Shown: piece by piece, positions 25,764 to 39,269 of the stretch
Layout: every line of letters starts with the position of its first letter
How positions within the stretch are numbered: position 1 is the stretch's first letter
Assembly (NCBI GenBank): GCA_036172245.1
Contig: JAYWIR010000054.1
Location: forward strand, 372,001-436,000
Direction of reading: 5' to 3'
Source of the DNA: Raillietiella orientalis
Lineage: Eukaryota
DNA length: 64,000 nucleotides
The notes under the pieces: generated by a model
Database searches by the model: none
The model's input: only the letters and a program-made list of their open reading frames with translations
Told to the model about the DNA's origin: nothing
Translations under genes and position numbers: made by a program

Positions 25764-28700
25764 ACTATAAAGAAGCGACTCCTTTACTGCTCAAAGAAAT
25801 AGAAAAGCAAATCTAAAACCACATCGGGGGCCACGCTCTCAGGTTGCTACATGATTCAGCTGTAACGGCACGCAATCCCTGGCCAATCACCTTCTTCGCA
25901 TTGGTCCCTGTCTTCCTGCAACGGGGAAGACCTCAGAAAGGACTCCACGGGGCTTCCGAAACGACTGACGCTCTTAGTGTGAAGCCTTCAGAGGGCATCG
26001 AGAAGAGACGTCACACGGCTGCTGTCCGGACTATCCATCTCCCGCTGGGGAAAGGAGACCTTGGGAAAAGCCTTTGGGATCAACAGGAAGAGCGCTGTCG
26101 GCGTGTCAGCGTCTGTTCGCACTACACCCAAGCGCTCGTCCGTCGGCGATGAGGGCGTTCTCTGCGTTGCGGCGAATTGCGTCTCGCGTGGTTCCAGGTC
26201 AGCGAGTCAGTCTACCGCAGGGGCAAGAACAGGCAAGCTGCATCCCCCGAGGGTGATTCCAAACGGATGCTGACCGTTCTCGATCGAACCATCCTTGAGC
26301 CTATGACGACCATAAGGTTGCAGAAAACGTTCGCGACAGTCTAAACAGCAAGGAAGAATGGCAACACACTTCCGACAAAGGTGGAAAGGGGTATGAATAA
26401 GAAAGAAGAGGCGATGCAGAAGTCATCGAATAAGAAAGAGATAAGTGGGGAAGTTCCGGCGCTCAATGAATTCTAACCTTCTTGGCTCCTTCACCGATTC
26501 TTCCGGATGAAGACGCAGTCCTCGTCGCCGAGAGAAAAAGGCATAGTTTCCTTTCTGGAGCGCCTATTCGGTGTTTCGGGACGACACCATGCCGCTGTCG
26601 CCACCCAGATTCGGGGAAGCAGGTGAAAACATGTCTTCATCTGAGGCACCGCCGCTGCAGCTCTTCGTAATGGACCGGAAGAAGGGTTCCTGCAGCGTGC
26701 GTTCCGGAATATCAAGCTGGTGAGATTTTTGCAGCGAAATGGATGCTGACAATCATCGTCATTGTCACCAAAGAAGGAGACGATGCGAAGATGACGTGAT
26801 TGCTCGGCACCATTTGCTGCTCGTGTCAAGTTCTGACCAACCTCTTGCGATCAGTTTTCCTTGGAGACGCGTCGAACGATCTTTGCAAGTGCGTTATTCA
26901 CCGACGTTCCTTCTTAACATGCCGAGGTCGGTTTCCTCGGCAGGGAGGACTGCGGCGCTCACCACGCGGTGTGCATGCCCACCCACCACGTGGGTGGGGA
27001 TGTGGGAATCCATCGGTGGGTTGACCTCTGTCGTTGTCTTGTCGTTTGAACGTTGGAGCGCGAGACGCTGTGCGGCCACAGCGCTGTGGGAGCTCTTTCG
27101 CACCCTACGCCGTGCCATGGGTTGCCTTCCGTGAACACAAGGGGTGCAGGCAGTCTCCGCAGGTGGCTCTCCAATAAAACGGAATAAAAAGAAGTTCCAT
27201 CGCGATGCAGAGCAAACTCCACGCCCAACATCGTGGACCAATTACAACGTCGCGATGAATACCGGGAACTGGAATTATTTTCCTGGAAGTATGCCACTCC
27301 CTCTTACAGGAAATTCTCTTCTCTTCATGGATTGTGCTGCCTTCGGTCGCTTGCGGGAACGTTCGGTCAAAGGCCGCGGGCTCGAAAACGATGGGTCACG
27401 GGAGTGTGCAACCTAGCGGGATGCATTCTTGCGAATGTACATTCATAAGGTACAGGCGTTGAGTATAAGAGGATAGCGACCCAGTATTATTCATGATGCC
27501 GTGATGTCATTTTGGAGACGCAAATCGTCTCTTCGCGGAGGCACTGCGATGGCCCGGGTGCCACGTGAACCGTGGATGGGAGCTCCAGGCACGTTCCACA
27601 GCTTGACGAGCAGGATTCCCGATGGAAGAGGATCCTGACAGATGCACGCAGAAGGATTCATTCTAGTGTCCTCCGTAGAATGTCCGAAACCACATGCTTG
27701 CCCAATCGCTGATTGTTTCAGAGATACCAGCTCGTGACTGCAGCGACATCCGGCAACAACAGCCATTTGGGAAGCCACCGGGAGCAGCTCTGACTGCAGG
27801 AAAATTGCACCACCAGGGAGCAAAGTCGGAAGTTCGCTTGATGCGTCTTTAAAATCCTTGGGGTGCCATTAGGATCAATCCTTCATCTTCATCCGTTCGT
27901 CGTTCATTCCTCTCGAAAGATCGCCGGGAGAGCGCTGAACGAGTGCTGTGGACGACAAGGACGCACGAAGGTCAATAAACGGACAGTGGATTCCCCGTTC
28001 TGGGTGAGCTCTCCGTGAGATGTTTCCCTCCTTTCAGCTTCTGAGAAGCCGCAAGAACGAGTCGGTTCATTGCTCTCCGCAACGAGTTGGAGATCGGGGA
28101 CTTCTGCGAGGCCAGGCAGCGGGCAACGGCCGACGTCAAAGGCGCGAAAGACAAACGCTCGCTGAAGCGCACTGAAGGAGCGTTGCCGGACTCCTGCTGG
28201 AAGCGCCCCAATTCCAAGATGGCTGCGCAGATCCAATCCCCCCCTCCCGTCTATTGGGAATGCGCTTCCCGTTCCAGGAAACGAGCGCCTCCAAGTGTCG
28301 GCTCTGTCTCTCTAGTCGCAGCACAACAACCATTCGGAGAGGTTTCGGGAATCGCGTGGACACGGGAAGGAAAACGCGATACCCGTAGCAGAAGAACGTG
28401 ACCGGCCGTTATGAACTGACCACCGCCTGTGCAACGTTTCGACACGGTTGTACGAATGGGGCGTTCGCAACGGCGCTTTCTCCAGGAAGGTTTCCATTGC
28501 GGATGCGCCCACATCTGGCGAAGACGCAAAGTGAACGATCCGGATGGCCTGTGGGAACGTTGAGAGAAGAAGGTGCACATGCGTCCTGAAGGCTTTACTC
28601 CACCCGTCTCGCGCGTTCAAACTGCACAGAGGAGGACGCCAGCCATCGAAGGAGTGGTTCGAGAGGAATCCCCCAGTGCATCCGCTTTTTCCGAATGAAA

Positions 28701-30586
28701 CCCGGCGTTGGCGTCCGTGTGGTTTCGATCTGCACGCGTGGCACCACCAAGCGTCGCGGGCTCGAATTTCACTGCAGGGAGGGTGTTCACCCAGGAATGG
28801 GTGCGTTATGCGTATGTATGACCTTCATGGGCGTATTTAGGAGCAGCGCCGGCGCAAGCTGGAAGACCGATGCCTCCTTTGACTGGAGTAGTTTGCCATC
28901 AACCTTGCAAAGTCCTTCACGGAAGCAGGGACGCAGTGACCGTCTGGAAGTGAAAATGGAGTTCTCCATCGCGTACCGTGCTGTTGGTGAATTGAGGCGA
29001 AGGCGAAAGAGCACTCTAGGCTATCACCTTCGCTCCGGAGACGGAGTCGACCGGTCAAAGAGGGAGCTGCTCCGAGCAACTTTCAGAAGTACCGCAGAGT
29101 CACCTGCACTCCCTCTGGTGCCAGGCAGGCACGAGCACGCGTGGGAAGCACCCTGGGGTACATGCTGTCCGCATTCAGTATGTGAGAAAACGCTTTCGGG
29201 CAACTCCGAAAACCCTGCTGATCCCTCGATGTGGCGGCCGGGTAGGCTCGCTCTGTCCACCCAGGGAGTGTCGCTCGAGAGATCCTTCGACCTGCCACGC
29301 ACGCGAGCACCACGAGCTGCTAGGTTGCGGCATTCGGTGCGGCGTGAGTGGGGGGCAGCGCGAGTTGGTGCCAGAGGACAAACCGCAGGAATGCCTCGGC
29401 GCGTGCCGAGGCGACAGGGCCTCGTCTGGAGCGTCTCCGCTGCTGCCCTCCAGCAGGAGCTTCCTTTCGCCTCCGAAGCGCGTGCGAGCGGCGGAGAGCA
29501 AGACGGAGGGACTCAGCATCCTGGCGCCGGGAACAGGGAGCAGCAGCAGATCCTTTCGAGGTGGAGTGACGTTGAAATTCGAGGAGGACCGTGAGCGGCG
29601 GCACGGAAGGTTGGCCCCCGCGCGAGGTCCCGACGCTCACGGCCGGCTAGGAAGCGATGGCGCCGTTGCATCTGGCGACGGAGACCGCACGAGGTCGTTT
29701 CCAATCCCGCGGACGTCCGTACTCACCTACTTCTGGCAACAACGTGAAAGGTCGCTGCTCCTTGCACGGGGAAACTTCGCGGGCGATCGGCGCCGCCCTT
29801 TTCGGAGCACAGGAAGCGCCTTCCTTGAAATGCGCCAGGCATGGCGACGTGAATGGTTGCGGAACCTTCTCCTGGGCTCCAGTGTTCTTTCTGCAATGTT
29901 TGGGATCATCTGGGGGTAGCCCTGCTTCTATCGGAAAGCCCTCCGGAAGAGTCGCTGAGGTGCCGACTCACCCTCGGCAACCCTCCTCGTGCTTCCCCGA
30001 CCCTGAGTTGCGCCAGAGGCATCGTGTCGTCCCGAAACTTCGAGGTGGAGCGCCACCAAGAACAGCGGGCCTCTTTCCGTTGGACTGCGACTCCATCTGG
30101 AAGAACTGGTGAAGAAGCCATGAAAGACGGACTTTATTGAGTGCCGGAGTCCCGTAATCCATCTCCTTCTTATTCACTGACTTCTTCGTCGCCTGTTCCC
30201 TCTTATTCATCCTGTTTTCTTCCTTTGGACGATGTCCGCTGCCAGCGATGCGTTCTTTCTCTCTTGTTTGACGCCTGGAAACATAGCTCTGGCGTCTTGT
30301 TGTCGTCTGTCTTGAACCCGTCCGATCTACAATGGCCGTCATCTGCTTGAAAGCACTCTCGGACAGTGGGGATTGCCTATTCTGGGCCCTGCGGTGCACG
30401 GAAGCCCTGCTGTGCAACCACGCAAAACGGAAGCTTTGCCCGTCTTCACAGCAATCGAGGTAGCTCTCAGGAGAACCGCCAGCACACTCTGACGCGCCAA
30501 CGGTCCTCTTCCAGTTCATCCCAAGGACTTTCGCAGTGACTTCATTTGCCGACCCCGCGTACAGCGGAGGGCTGCTGCTGGAACAT

Positions 30587-31620
30587 TCAGTGCCCTTTTC
30601 GAGGTAAGCGGTGCTTCGCCTGGTAACACTTTTACAGCATCCACGTTGTGTACATGCATGCAATGGCGTGTCGCATCTGGGATGCAAGTAGCCTATGTGT
30701 CAAGATAGGGCGTCCTTGAATCCTTCCAGTAGAAATTTTCTTGATTCCAGCAACCTCTATATGCTCCCGACATTTCGCAGCCGTTGCTCCTGGAAACGTT
30801 GCACAAGTGCGAAGTCTACCCTGTAGAAGGTGTCTGCATCGTCTTGCACGCTGGCCTTGCACCTGAGATGATCGATTGAGGGAGTGATCTCGTACTCGGG
30901 ATTTTTAGATGAATCCAGAAACGACGAAATGTGAGTGGTAGACGACAAGCACTCCTTTTTTCATTGAATGCAGTTCATCAGGCGGACGCACAAATTCGAA
31001 TGAGGATGAGGAAAGCAATGCACGCTTCCATGGAGACCTTGGTGTGCCGGGTGCACTGACGGTTTCAGGTCCTCCAGATAGAAGAGGAAATTCAAGAGGA
31101 TGGAATACTGGAGGAACAAGATGATGGAATCCTGGGTGTACGACCCAATTTAATGGCGATGTACCATGCAACTGCAGTCCAGAGAGGAATCAATACTTTA
31201 ATGACTCGCTGTAAGAGTGATCTACTAAAAAATGGAACATGAAGTTCATCTCGAGCAGAACCTACGGATGCAGTGGCGAGCGCAGAAGTACAAAGAACAG
31301 GAGCATTTAGTGTTGTCAGTGGTGGAAGAAGAGATGGAACAGGCGAAGGCGCCTGTCGTGGAGGTTCTGCTCCACGACGCCCTGAGCTGTGTTCGGCAGG
31401 ACGAACAGGAGCACGAGGTCGTGAGCGCCGGCCTCCAGTTGTGGGTGCTGCACGCTGCCATGGAACACAGACGCGAAGACCGTTTGCAATTTGCCCCTGG
31501 GCTCCATTAAGAGACGGAGGACGCATCATGTCCAAGGGTTCACTGCGAGATCGAGAATTAACATAGGAAACATGCCTCTAACTTTTCTTACCGTGTTGCA
31601 GCGTGTTTAGCAGACTTCAA
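30587..31620 (-). pseudogene. BAF-like family subtype E (A-related), pseudogene
   Basis: 5' end homologous to gene A but ATG reads TTG; 49-nt intron 31591-31543; RVCVPW and FEFVRPPDELHS...FLDSSKNPEYEITP retained; frameshifts and stops in the BAF region. Confidence 0.75.
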
Positions 31621-31769
31621 GCTAAAAGTAAGCGGAAGAGGGAAGGAAGGAGGCACAAGCTGGAGAGAAGTGATGAATAAGTATCCAAGGAAGCCATATA
31701 GTTGGTATTCCACGTGTCCGCTTGCTTGCTGGCCTTCGCTTTTACGAAAGCAACGTTTCACATCCTGGG

Positions 31770-34700
31770 CGGAAGCGGAAGACCCGGCTGCGGCAAAGAG
31801 GTTGACTCGCGGGCAGGACTGCAGCCCTCTGCCCACCGCCACCGCAAATCTTTCTGCATTCTGGTCGTGTTGACGGCACTTGGTCACCTCACTCGCGGGT
31901 CTCGTCTGATCGCCCTACGTTGAAACTGTCTCCTTCCGTTAGATGTAGGTGTTCGTGCGGCGGAGGAGAATGGCTGGCTGCAAAACAGAAGATGTAAAAG
32001 GAGAGATTGCACATCCGGCACGAGTTCTCCTTTTTCAAGGTGCGTCTCTTGACCCTAGCACTGATGTCAATCCCGTTCTTGAACTTACGAAGTGTTCCGC
32101 TCGCGTGCTGCGGAGCCGCTGAAAGTTGGCCGGGAGTGCTGCTCGCTCACATGCCGGGACTAACGAAAGGAAAGCCCGGTTTCCAGCTAGGAAACCGACG
32201 CCACATATGCCGGCACCCTGAAAACACAAGAGACCTCAGGACCCCTTGCGCCCTTCACGGAAGTCCTCGCAGCCCTCAAGCAGATTGCAGAATACTACTT
32301 CTCCGTCGAAGCAAACGAAATGTTCTTAAAAAAGGGGTAACGCTGTCCTCCCTGAGATAGCATGGGGCCACGCTTCTTCCAGAGGACAGCACCGCCACTC
32401 CATTGTTAACATGGAGACCACCCTGGCCATCGTCCTTAAAGTCATCAACGCCGTACTGGATGGCCTCGGAATCCCTCGGGTTACACATTATTAGCGCAAC
32501 TTGTACCGGAGGTGAAACGTTGCTATCGTAAAAGCGAAGGTCAGCGAGCAAGCGGACACGTGGAATACGAAGTATATGGTTTCCTTGGAAACCTTATTCA
32601 TCATTTCTCTATAGCTTGTGCCTCCTTCCTTCCCTCTTCCGCTTACTTTTACTATGAAGTCTGCTAAACTCCCTGGAAAACGGTAAGAAAAGTTGGTTGC
32701 ATGTTTCCTGTGTTAATATACGATCTCGCAGTAAAACTTTGATCTCCAAGCGCACTCCACGTACGAAAATTAGGAAGAAGCCGGAAATTCCAAACGTTCC
32801 TCGCGTCTGTGTTCCTTGGCCGCGTAGAGCTGGAGTTGTGCTTCCCGGTGCTCCAGTTGTTCAAGCGGAACCTGTCGCTGGAGTCGATGAACCTGCTGTT
32901 GCACGAGAGGCATCTTCGACACCGGCACCTCGTCTCCCGACTCCCAGAATACCGAGTGGTCCAGTTCTATCAATTTCAAGTCCCCACACATTCGCCTCTT
33001 CTGCCCGATATGACCCTAATTTTTTATTACCCGATGAAGCTGAACTTTTAAAACTCGTGAAATCCCTCAGGGGCCCATCTACAGGTATTTGAAGTCCTCG
33101 AGCATCTTATTCCTCGAGAATTCCATGCGCACTTGAATTTCATTTTCCAGTTGCCGGAGCCGAAGCCTTCGCTGCTCCAGGCATAGCAAGGGATGAAGCG
33201 GAAGGTCCATTCATTCTTGCACCCTCAACGTCTCGCTTGTACGATTTTGTGCGTGTGCCTACTGACCTGAATTCGCTCCACGAGGAGTTGAACATGGTAT
33301 ACGGTCATCTTTTGTTGTTTGTGGATCCATCTGAAAATTCCGATTTCGGAGTCACTCCCGCAATCAATGACTTCATGTTCAGTGCGTCAGCGGAGGACGA
33401 CGTACTCTCCATCCCCGGAATGCACGTTACACTAGCAAGACTGTGTCATAATGAAGGCTTATCAACTATCAACTGTATCTACCAGGTATTGAGATTGGCA
33501 AACTACAGACTGGAGCGATTCAAGGAAAACTTATATGAGCGCTTAGACATATCTGGCCACATATACGACACGGCCATTGCAACGATATACACAGCGTTGA
33601 TGCTGTGGAAGTGGAACTATGCGAAGCACAGTGTTCCGGAACCACATCCTTGAATGTTCCAGCAGCAACCCTCCTTTAGGAGAAATAGATTCATTGGGAA
33701 AGTCTTTGGAATAAACCGAAAGATTGTTGGCGTGTCAGCGTGTGCTCGCGGTTCTTCTGACCACTCCCTCGTTTGCTGCGAGGGTGCTGTGGGCGTGGCA
33801 GCAGCATCCGTTTTGTGCGGTTGCAATGCGGCGCGCCCGCATACCGCAAGCGCAAGAACAGGCAATCCCTCTTGTCCGAGAGTGCCTCCAAGTCGACGAC
33901 GGCCATTCTCGATCGAACGGGTTCAAAACACGACGACGTCAAGACTCCGGAGCAATGTTTCTAGGAGTGCAACAAGTGAGGAAGAATACACAACCGGCAA
34001 CGGACATCGGCCAAAGATAGAAAGACGAGTGAATAAGAGGTAAGCGGCAATGAAGTCACTGAATAAGGGATAGATGGATGAGTGGGCTGCAGAGCTTCCT
34101 GATGCCTGTCTTCCATGGCTGCTTTAACAGACACTTCTTCCAGAAGAGGGCGCATTCTTCATCTCAGAAGAGACGCACTGTTCTTGCTGGCATTCCTCCT
34201 CGAGGTTCCAGGACTCCACGATTCTTCTGGTGCAATGCACGGTGGGGGAAGGTGCGGCGTCGGGTCGCTGAGTGTGAACGGGAGCCGCAGCGACTCTTCC
34301 GGAGTGCCTTCAGGTAGGAACAGGGCTGCCCCCAGGTGGTTCCAAACTCCCCGGAGAGCAACAGTGTCCCGAAAATGCTCCTCAGGTTCTCACCTCCTTG
34401 TACCTGGCGCATCTAAGGGAGACCCACCCTGTGCTCCGGGAACGGTGGCGCCAATCGCGCGCTAGGAGCGGCGCCCCACACTGACATCAGAAGGGGAGAG
34501 CCCAGGCGCCCACTGGAAAGACGGGCGTCGTCTTTGCGGCTAATCTTTAAATCGTTCTGCCCAGCGAAGCGGCCCCTTTGCGTGGGCTCTGGGCGGGACT
34601 TTCTTCCGAGTTTTTCCCTTTCCGCTTCTTCTTGAATCGCCGGGCGTTCCCTGGTGCTTCGGCTGGCGATGGATCCGCCTCCCGTCTCGTTCCTTGCGAC

Positions 34701-37475
34701 TCTTCTGCACGTGGTCTCAGCCGGTGTTTGTAAAAGGCTGAGCTTTTTCACTGAGATGGTTGGATTCGATATTGCAGCTGCTGCATCGGGTGATCTGGTG
34801 ACACGGACGTGTGTGCCCCTGGAGCAGTGTCGTGCCCGAAAGTCTCTTCCGCTGGGGAGAGCTGCACCCAATCCTTCCGAAGGGCCAGCAGCGCAAGCAC
34901 ACCAACGTGTTGAAAAGGAAATCGCCTGCAATTCCCTCTGATTTTTTCTCGGACCGCGTCTCTTCGCCTTGTCCGACGTCAACAAACCATGAATTCGAGG
35001 ATGCCTTCCGGAGGCGGAAATGTTCTCAACGGGATGAGGGCAATCCGTTTTTATGGCACCACCGCCATTTCCAAAGTATTTTGTCCGTGCCGTCATTTCT
35101 GTGGCGAGCAACTCGCAGGGAGATGCGAAAGACTGCCGAAGGCGTCGCGAGCGCCGCGCGCCTGGGGAGTGTCCGCCTCAGCATATCTTTGCCGATGGTC
35201 TTTGGTGGCGACGAGGGAGAAGGATGCGTGTGTTTCCGATCGGCAAGGATTCCTGCCCTCGCTCGCAGCGGGCTGTGGAAATGCGCTCGTAGCACCTCCA
35301 GGCGTCGCAGCATCGCCAAAAAAGGGGGGACAGCGATGAAGGAATCCACGTTCGTGAGTTGCAACTCCCCTCCCTGTCCTTCCCTCGGTTTCACGTGGCA
35401 CCTCGCCTCGCTGCCTGCGCAGCTGCGGGAGGTGCCCCCATTGCGCTCTTCGCGACAGCGTGGGAGTGGCAGGCGGCTGCCCGGGAGGTTCCTTAATCTT
35501 GCAGGCCAGGGTCCAAATCAGTTTGCAGCTTCTCAGCTCGCTGGTAGCTTCTGGATCAACACTCGTTAGAGCCGAGGCGTTCATTGTAAAAAATAACAAA
35601 CAAACACGTGTAGGGTTATCGGCCCTACAACGTCCGAAAGAGTTCGCAGCCTGCCGAGTAACCGACACGCAGGCCGGCGAGGTTCGTCTCGGCAGCGGAG
35701 GGGGAGGGAAGAACAAAAATAAAGATAAAAAAATGTATATATGCAAAACTTTTGGAGCGATTGGGAAGCGTTCATTGGGTGGTGAAGGGCGTCATCTGCA
35801 TCCTTTCCAGGATGGCGGCAAGTTCCATCCGAGTATGCACCAGGCGGGTCATCTAGCTGCCGTCCGCAGGAAGTGCAGGACGAAGCAGGCAGCGTCCCTA
35901 TCTCACTGCCCTTCTCTCGAGTAGCTCCAGGCTGCTATAATCCCACATAGGTTGCAAAGAGGTGCTGAGCATACGGCAGGCAAAGGGCGTCGCTCACAGG
36001 CTCTTATCACGTCCCTGGGATGGTCCGTTGGTGCACCAAGGGTCGTTGCGCAACGCAACCACAGGGGAATACGAGTCTACGAGCAGGTGCGCGAGCTGGG
36101 ATTCTCGTTCCCCGCACCTGCAGCAGTTCGGGCCAACAGCCCCCCGGGTCCAGTGAGACCGGCGGGAGTTGCATGGCAGACTCCAGTGCAACGGCTGAAG
36201 TGCCGTCTCTATCCACCTCAGGAGAGGGCTCGGTTGTTCTTCAGCGCTGGAAGCCACTCGAGGATTCCCAGCAGCTCGACCCAGCGCAATAATGAAGCTT
36301 TTTGGAGTCATGCTTTCTGCTCCCTTGGTGACCAAGGAACCGTGGCGGCGGTCCAGCTCTTAACTTCCTGCCGACGTACCCGTTTGCTTGCTGCGTTCAT
36401 CCAATTTTTCTTCGGCATATGCCCCTGCCGAGCTGTCGGGCACCGCGACATCTTCGTGCGTAGATGCTCACCCTCTTTTCGGATGTGAGCAGCCCATCCA
36501 ATCGAGCCAATCGTTCGTCCGCCGACCTTTTCTTTTTTTGCCTTGCGGCAAGGCAACCTTTCGAGTAAGCGAACCGCGTGTCTAGACGATGCGCAGCTGC
36601 ATCCCTTCCCCAGCCACCTCGGACGAGCCATCTGCTCCAGAGAGTTCTGCTCGCTGCTAGGACGCTGCGCTTCTCCCGTATCCCTTTGCTACACACCAAG
36701 GACCGGATGCTTCAGGCGCAATCTCGCGCGTCCAGCCCCCATTCCGATCCTACGACTCAATCTTCTCCCGGTTCCCCTTCTTCCTGGAGAATCGGGAAGC
36801 GCCAGTCCACACAATGGCGATCCCTCCCAGTGTTTCCCCTTCCTTCGACAAACAAAGTCGTTGCCTGAGGCCATGAAGATGAGTATGGCCGTCTTGCCAC
36901 CGCTGGCCAGACTCCGCTTCGCGCAAGCTGTGGTCCTGGCCTGTTTCAAGACCTTCCAAGTGCACGGATCCCTCTTTCTCCCTTTTTGTCCCTGCTGTTG
37001 GATGGATGTTCTGCATGGACTACGTCGTTATGGTCCCAGCAGGAGCCCGCCCTTCAGATTCTCGCAACCTCCCCTTTTTCCTTCGCTTTCGTTTCCCCAA
37101 ACCTCAGAGACATGCCCCTCCGTATCGGACGATGAGAACGGCCTCTCACCCTTGTGGGGTTTGGGAAGGGGCCGCAGGAAGATCCATCGCTTCACGGACT
37201 CCATCGGCTTCCGAAATCCGGTGATCGGGAACGGCAAGATTCATCAGCTTCCGGACCACGGATCACAGCACGCGCGACCTGAAGTGACTCTCCTGCGAAG
37301 CGGCGCCACGCCCACGAGTTGCGTTGGTTTTCTTCTCGCCGCCACTCCGCTAACCGACGCGCGCGGCTGCGTTTCACCACTTGAGGGAGAGTCGAACCAT
37401 TCGCGCGTAGTCGGCCCTCGGCCCCTGCTGCTGCTCTTGCACCGGTCACTCGAAGAGGGAATCCCGGATCGCTGG
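31770..37475. repeat. Inverted duplication A, right arm
   Basis: Reverse complement of 1-6114; nearly identical over 33654-37475, more diverged over 31770-33653. Confidence 0.97.
32654..33653 (+). CDS. BAF-like domain protein, subtype A' (predicted exons 32654-32682, 32732-33084, 33151-33653; ~294 aa)
   Basis: Inverted paralog of 3823-5230; its only in-frame stop (33090-33092) lies inside a candidate 66-nt GT-AG intron. Confidence 0.7.
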
Positions 37476-39269
37476 TCACTCTCCGACCCACCTTACCGCC
37501 GCACTCTGGGGTCTCCACGGAGGGAGTGCGCTGTAGACCGTAGTCCACAGACGCGGAGACGAGCGCCTTCTTGCATGAGCGCCTAACTGCGGCTTCCGAG
37601 AGAACCCTCGGCGACCGATACCCTCCCCTCCCCCCGGTCCCTCCAGAGCTTCCTCCCGAGGAGAAAACAGGCGTTCTGGATGCATCCTCAGCCTTCCTCG
37701 TATTCCAGGTCGATCTATGGGAAGGGAGACTTTCCCACCACGAGCTGCTTGAGGTCCTGATCTTCACCGCATTCGACACATGTAGGTGTCGAATGCCGTG
37801 AACGAGGATGTCCAACGAGGGATGCGGGAGGGGTTGCGCCGTCCCGCGCTGGCGACGGTTCGGGATGGCAATTCCCCCAAGAACCAGACGCCTCAGCTGG
37901 TTGCACGCAAATGACCGCAGCGCAGGAGAGGCAGAACAGCCTCGGACATTTCCAGCGCAGTGTGACAGCGGAGGACCCTATGCACCGAAACGAGGCATGG
38001 CCACGTTCACCAGCATTCGAGGCATCACTCGGCCCCTGCAGTGGCTCAGGAAAACTCCCACCTCAAAGGTTGGCCGCTGTCGTCGTTTGCCCAGATGGTG
38101 CTGCGGCAAGGGACCAGAGGGCTGTCCGGGAATCCTTGCATTCAGTGCTGCAGGAGATCTCCCACAGACTTGCAGAAGAGTTTCCTCAGCGGGTAAAGTT
38201 TCTCTGGGCGCAGTTCCAGAGTGGCTACCCGGGACATTCACCGAGTCCTCCGCCACGTGTCCCTGTTTCTCGTACAGCCGAACATCTAACGATGGGATTG
38301 GGGTGTTTGGGGTGGACGTATTGCGAACGGCAGCAAGTTCACTGCGTCCGAAGCATCCCCGGAAGAAGTGACCTGCTGGAACACGCCCAACCGTGGGGAG
38401 CAAAAATTGGCACAGAGTGCCACATTGTAATTGTTTGTTTGATGTTGACGAGGCAAGGACACTGTTTGACACTGCTAGACCCTTGCCTGCCGGCATGTTC
38501 CCGCCTGGGAACTTCGCGTTCCGTTAGGCGATCTGTCCATTTCCGTCCCTTGCGTTCCCGCTCTTCACCGAGTCACCGTTCTCGCGTCCTCCATTTGTAG
38601 CGTGAACGTCATGAAGCACTCCGGGATTCCTGTCTTCCGCAGAGCATCTCTTCCGCTTGGTTGACGACTGTTGCCTATTCGTGATTCCCGATCGCAGTTT
38701 CTTTTTGAAGGGACATCCAGTCCAGTGCTGGCTTCCTCTTGCGACTTCACTTAGGTGGACTACAGCAGTCCCAAAATGACCGCTCGACTTCTTTTCGGTG
38801 TTTTATTTGGCGTCAGAGCACCCTGACGTTGTTTCCCTTGTTTGCTGTTCCTTCACGTCATATTCCTTCAGTTGTCCGGCATTCTCTTCATATCTGCGAA
38901 ACCTTTCCAAAGCATTTGCTTCCCTCTCTCCCATTGTTCCTAGTCTGGCGTCTTCGACGTGTGGAAACTTTGGGGAGCGGCTTCGTGAGCGGACTGGTTG
39001 CGGGTTGTCCTGATTGCAGGCGAACGTCCTTTTTACACGCTTTGGAAAGGAAACGAAAATTCGACGGGTCCTTGCAGCATCCGCGAAGCCACTGCGCTGC
39101 TTTCGCTCGCCCGTTCGCCCCGCGTCGCTCGCTTACCTTGCCACGCGCGCCACATCATAGGTAGGAAGAGTCAGCACGGCTTGTGAACGCAGCTTCACGG
39201 GAAGCCAGCGCCCTCCGTCGACAAAACACACGTGATTGTCTTCAAAGAACCCTGTGGCAATGGAGCGTG

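Larger units (their letters stand above)
16561..31356. repeat. Inverted duplication B, left arm (~14.8 kb visible; partner 49205-64000)
   Basis: Constant coordinate sum 80561 for all mirrored ORFs; 16561 atcgtagaag pairs with the last bases of the window; only scattered substitutions. Confidence 0.98.
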
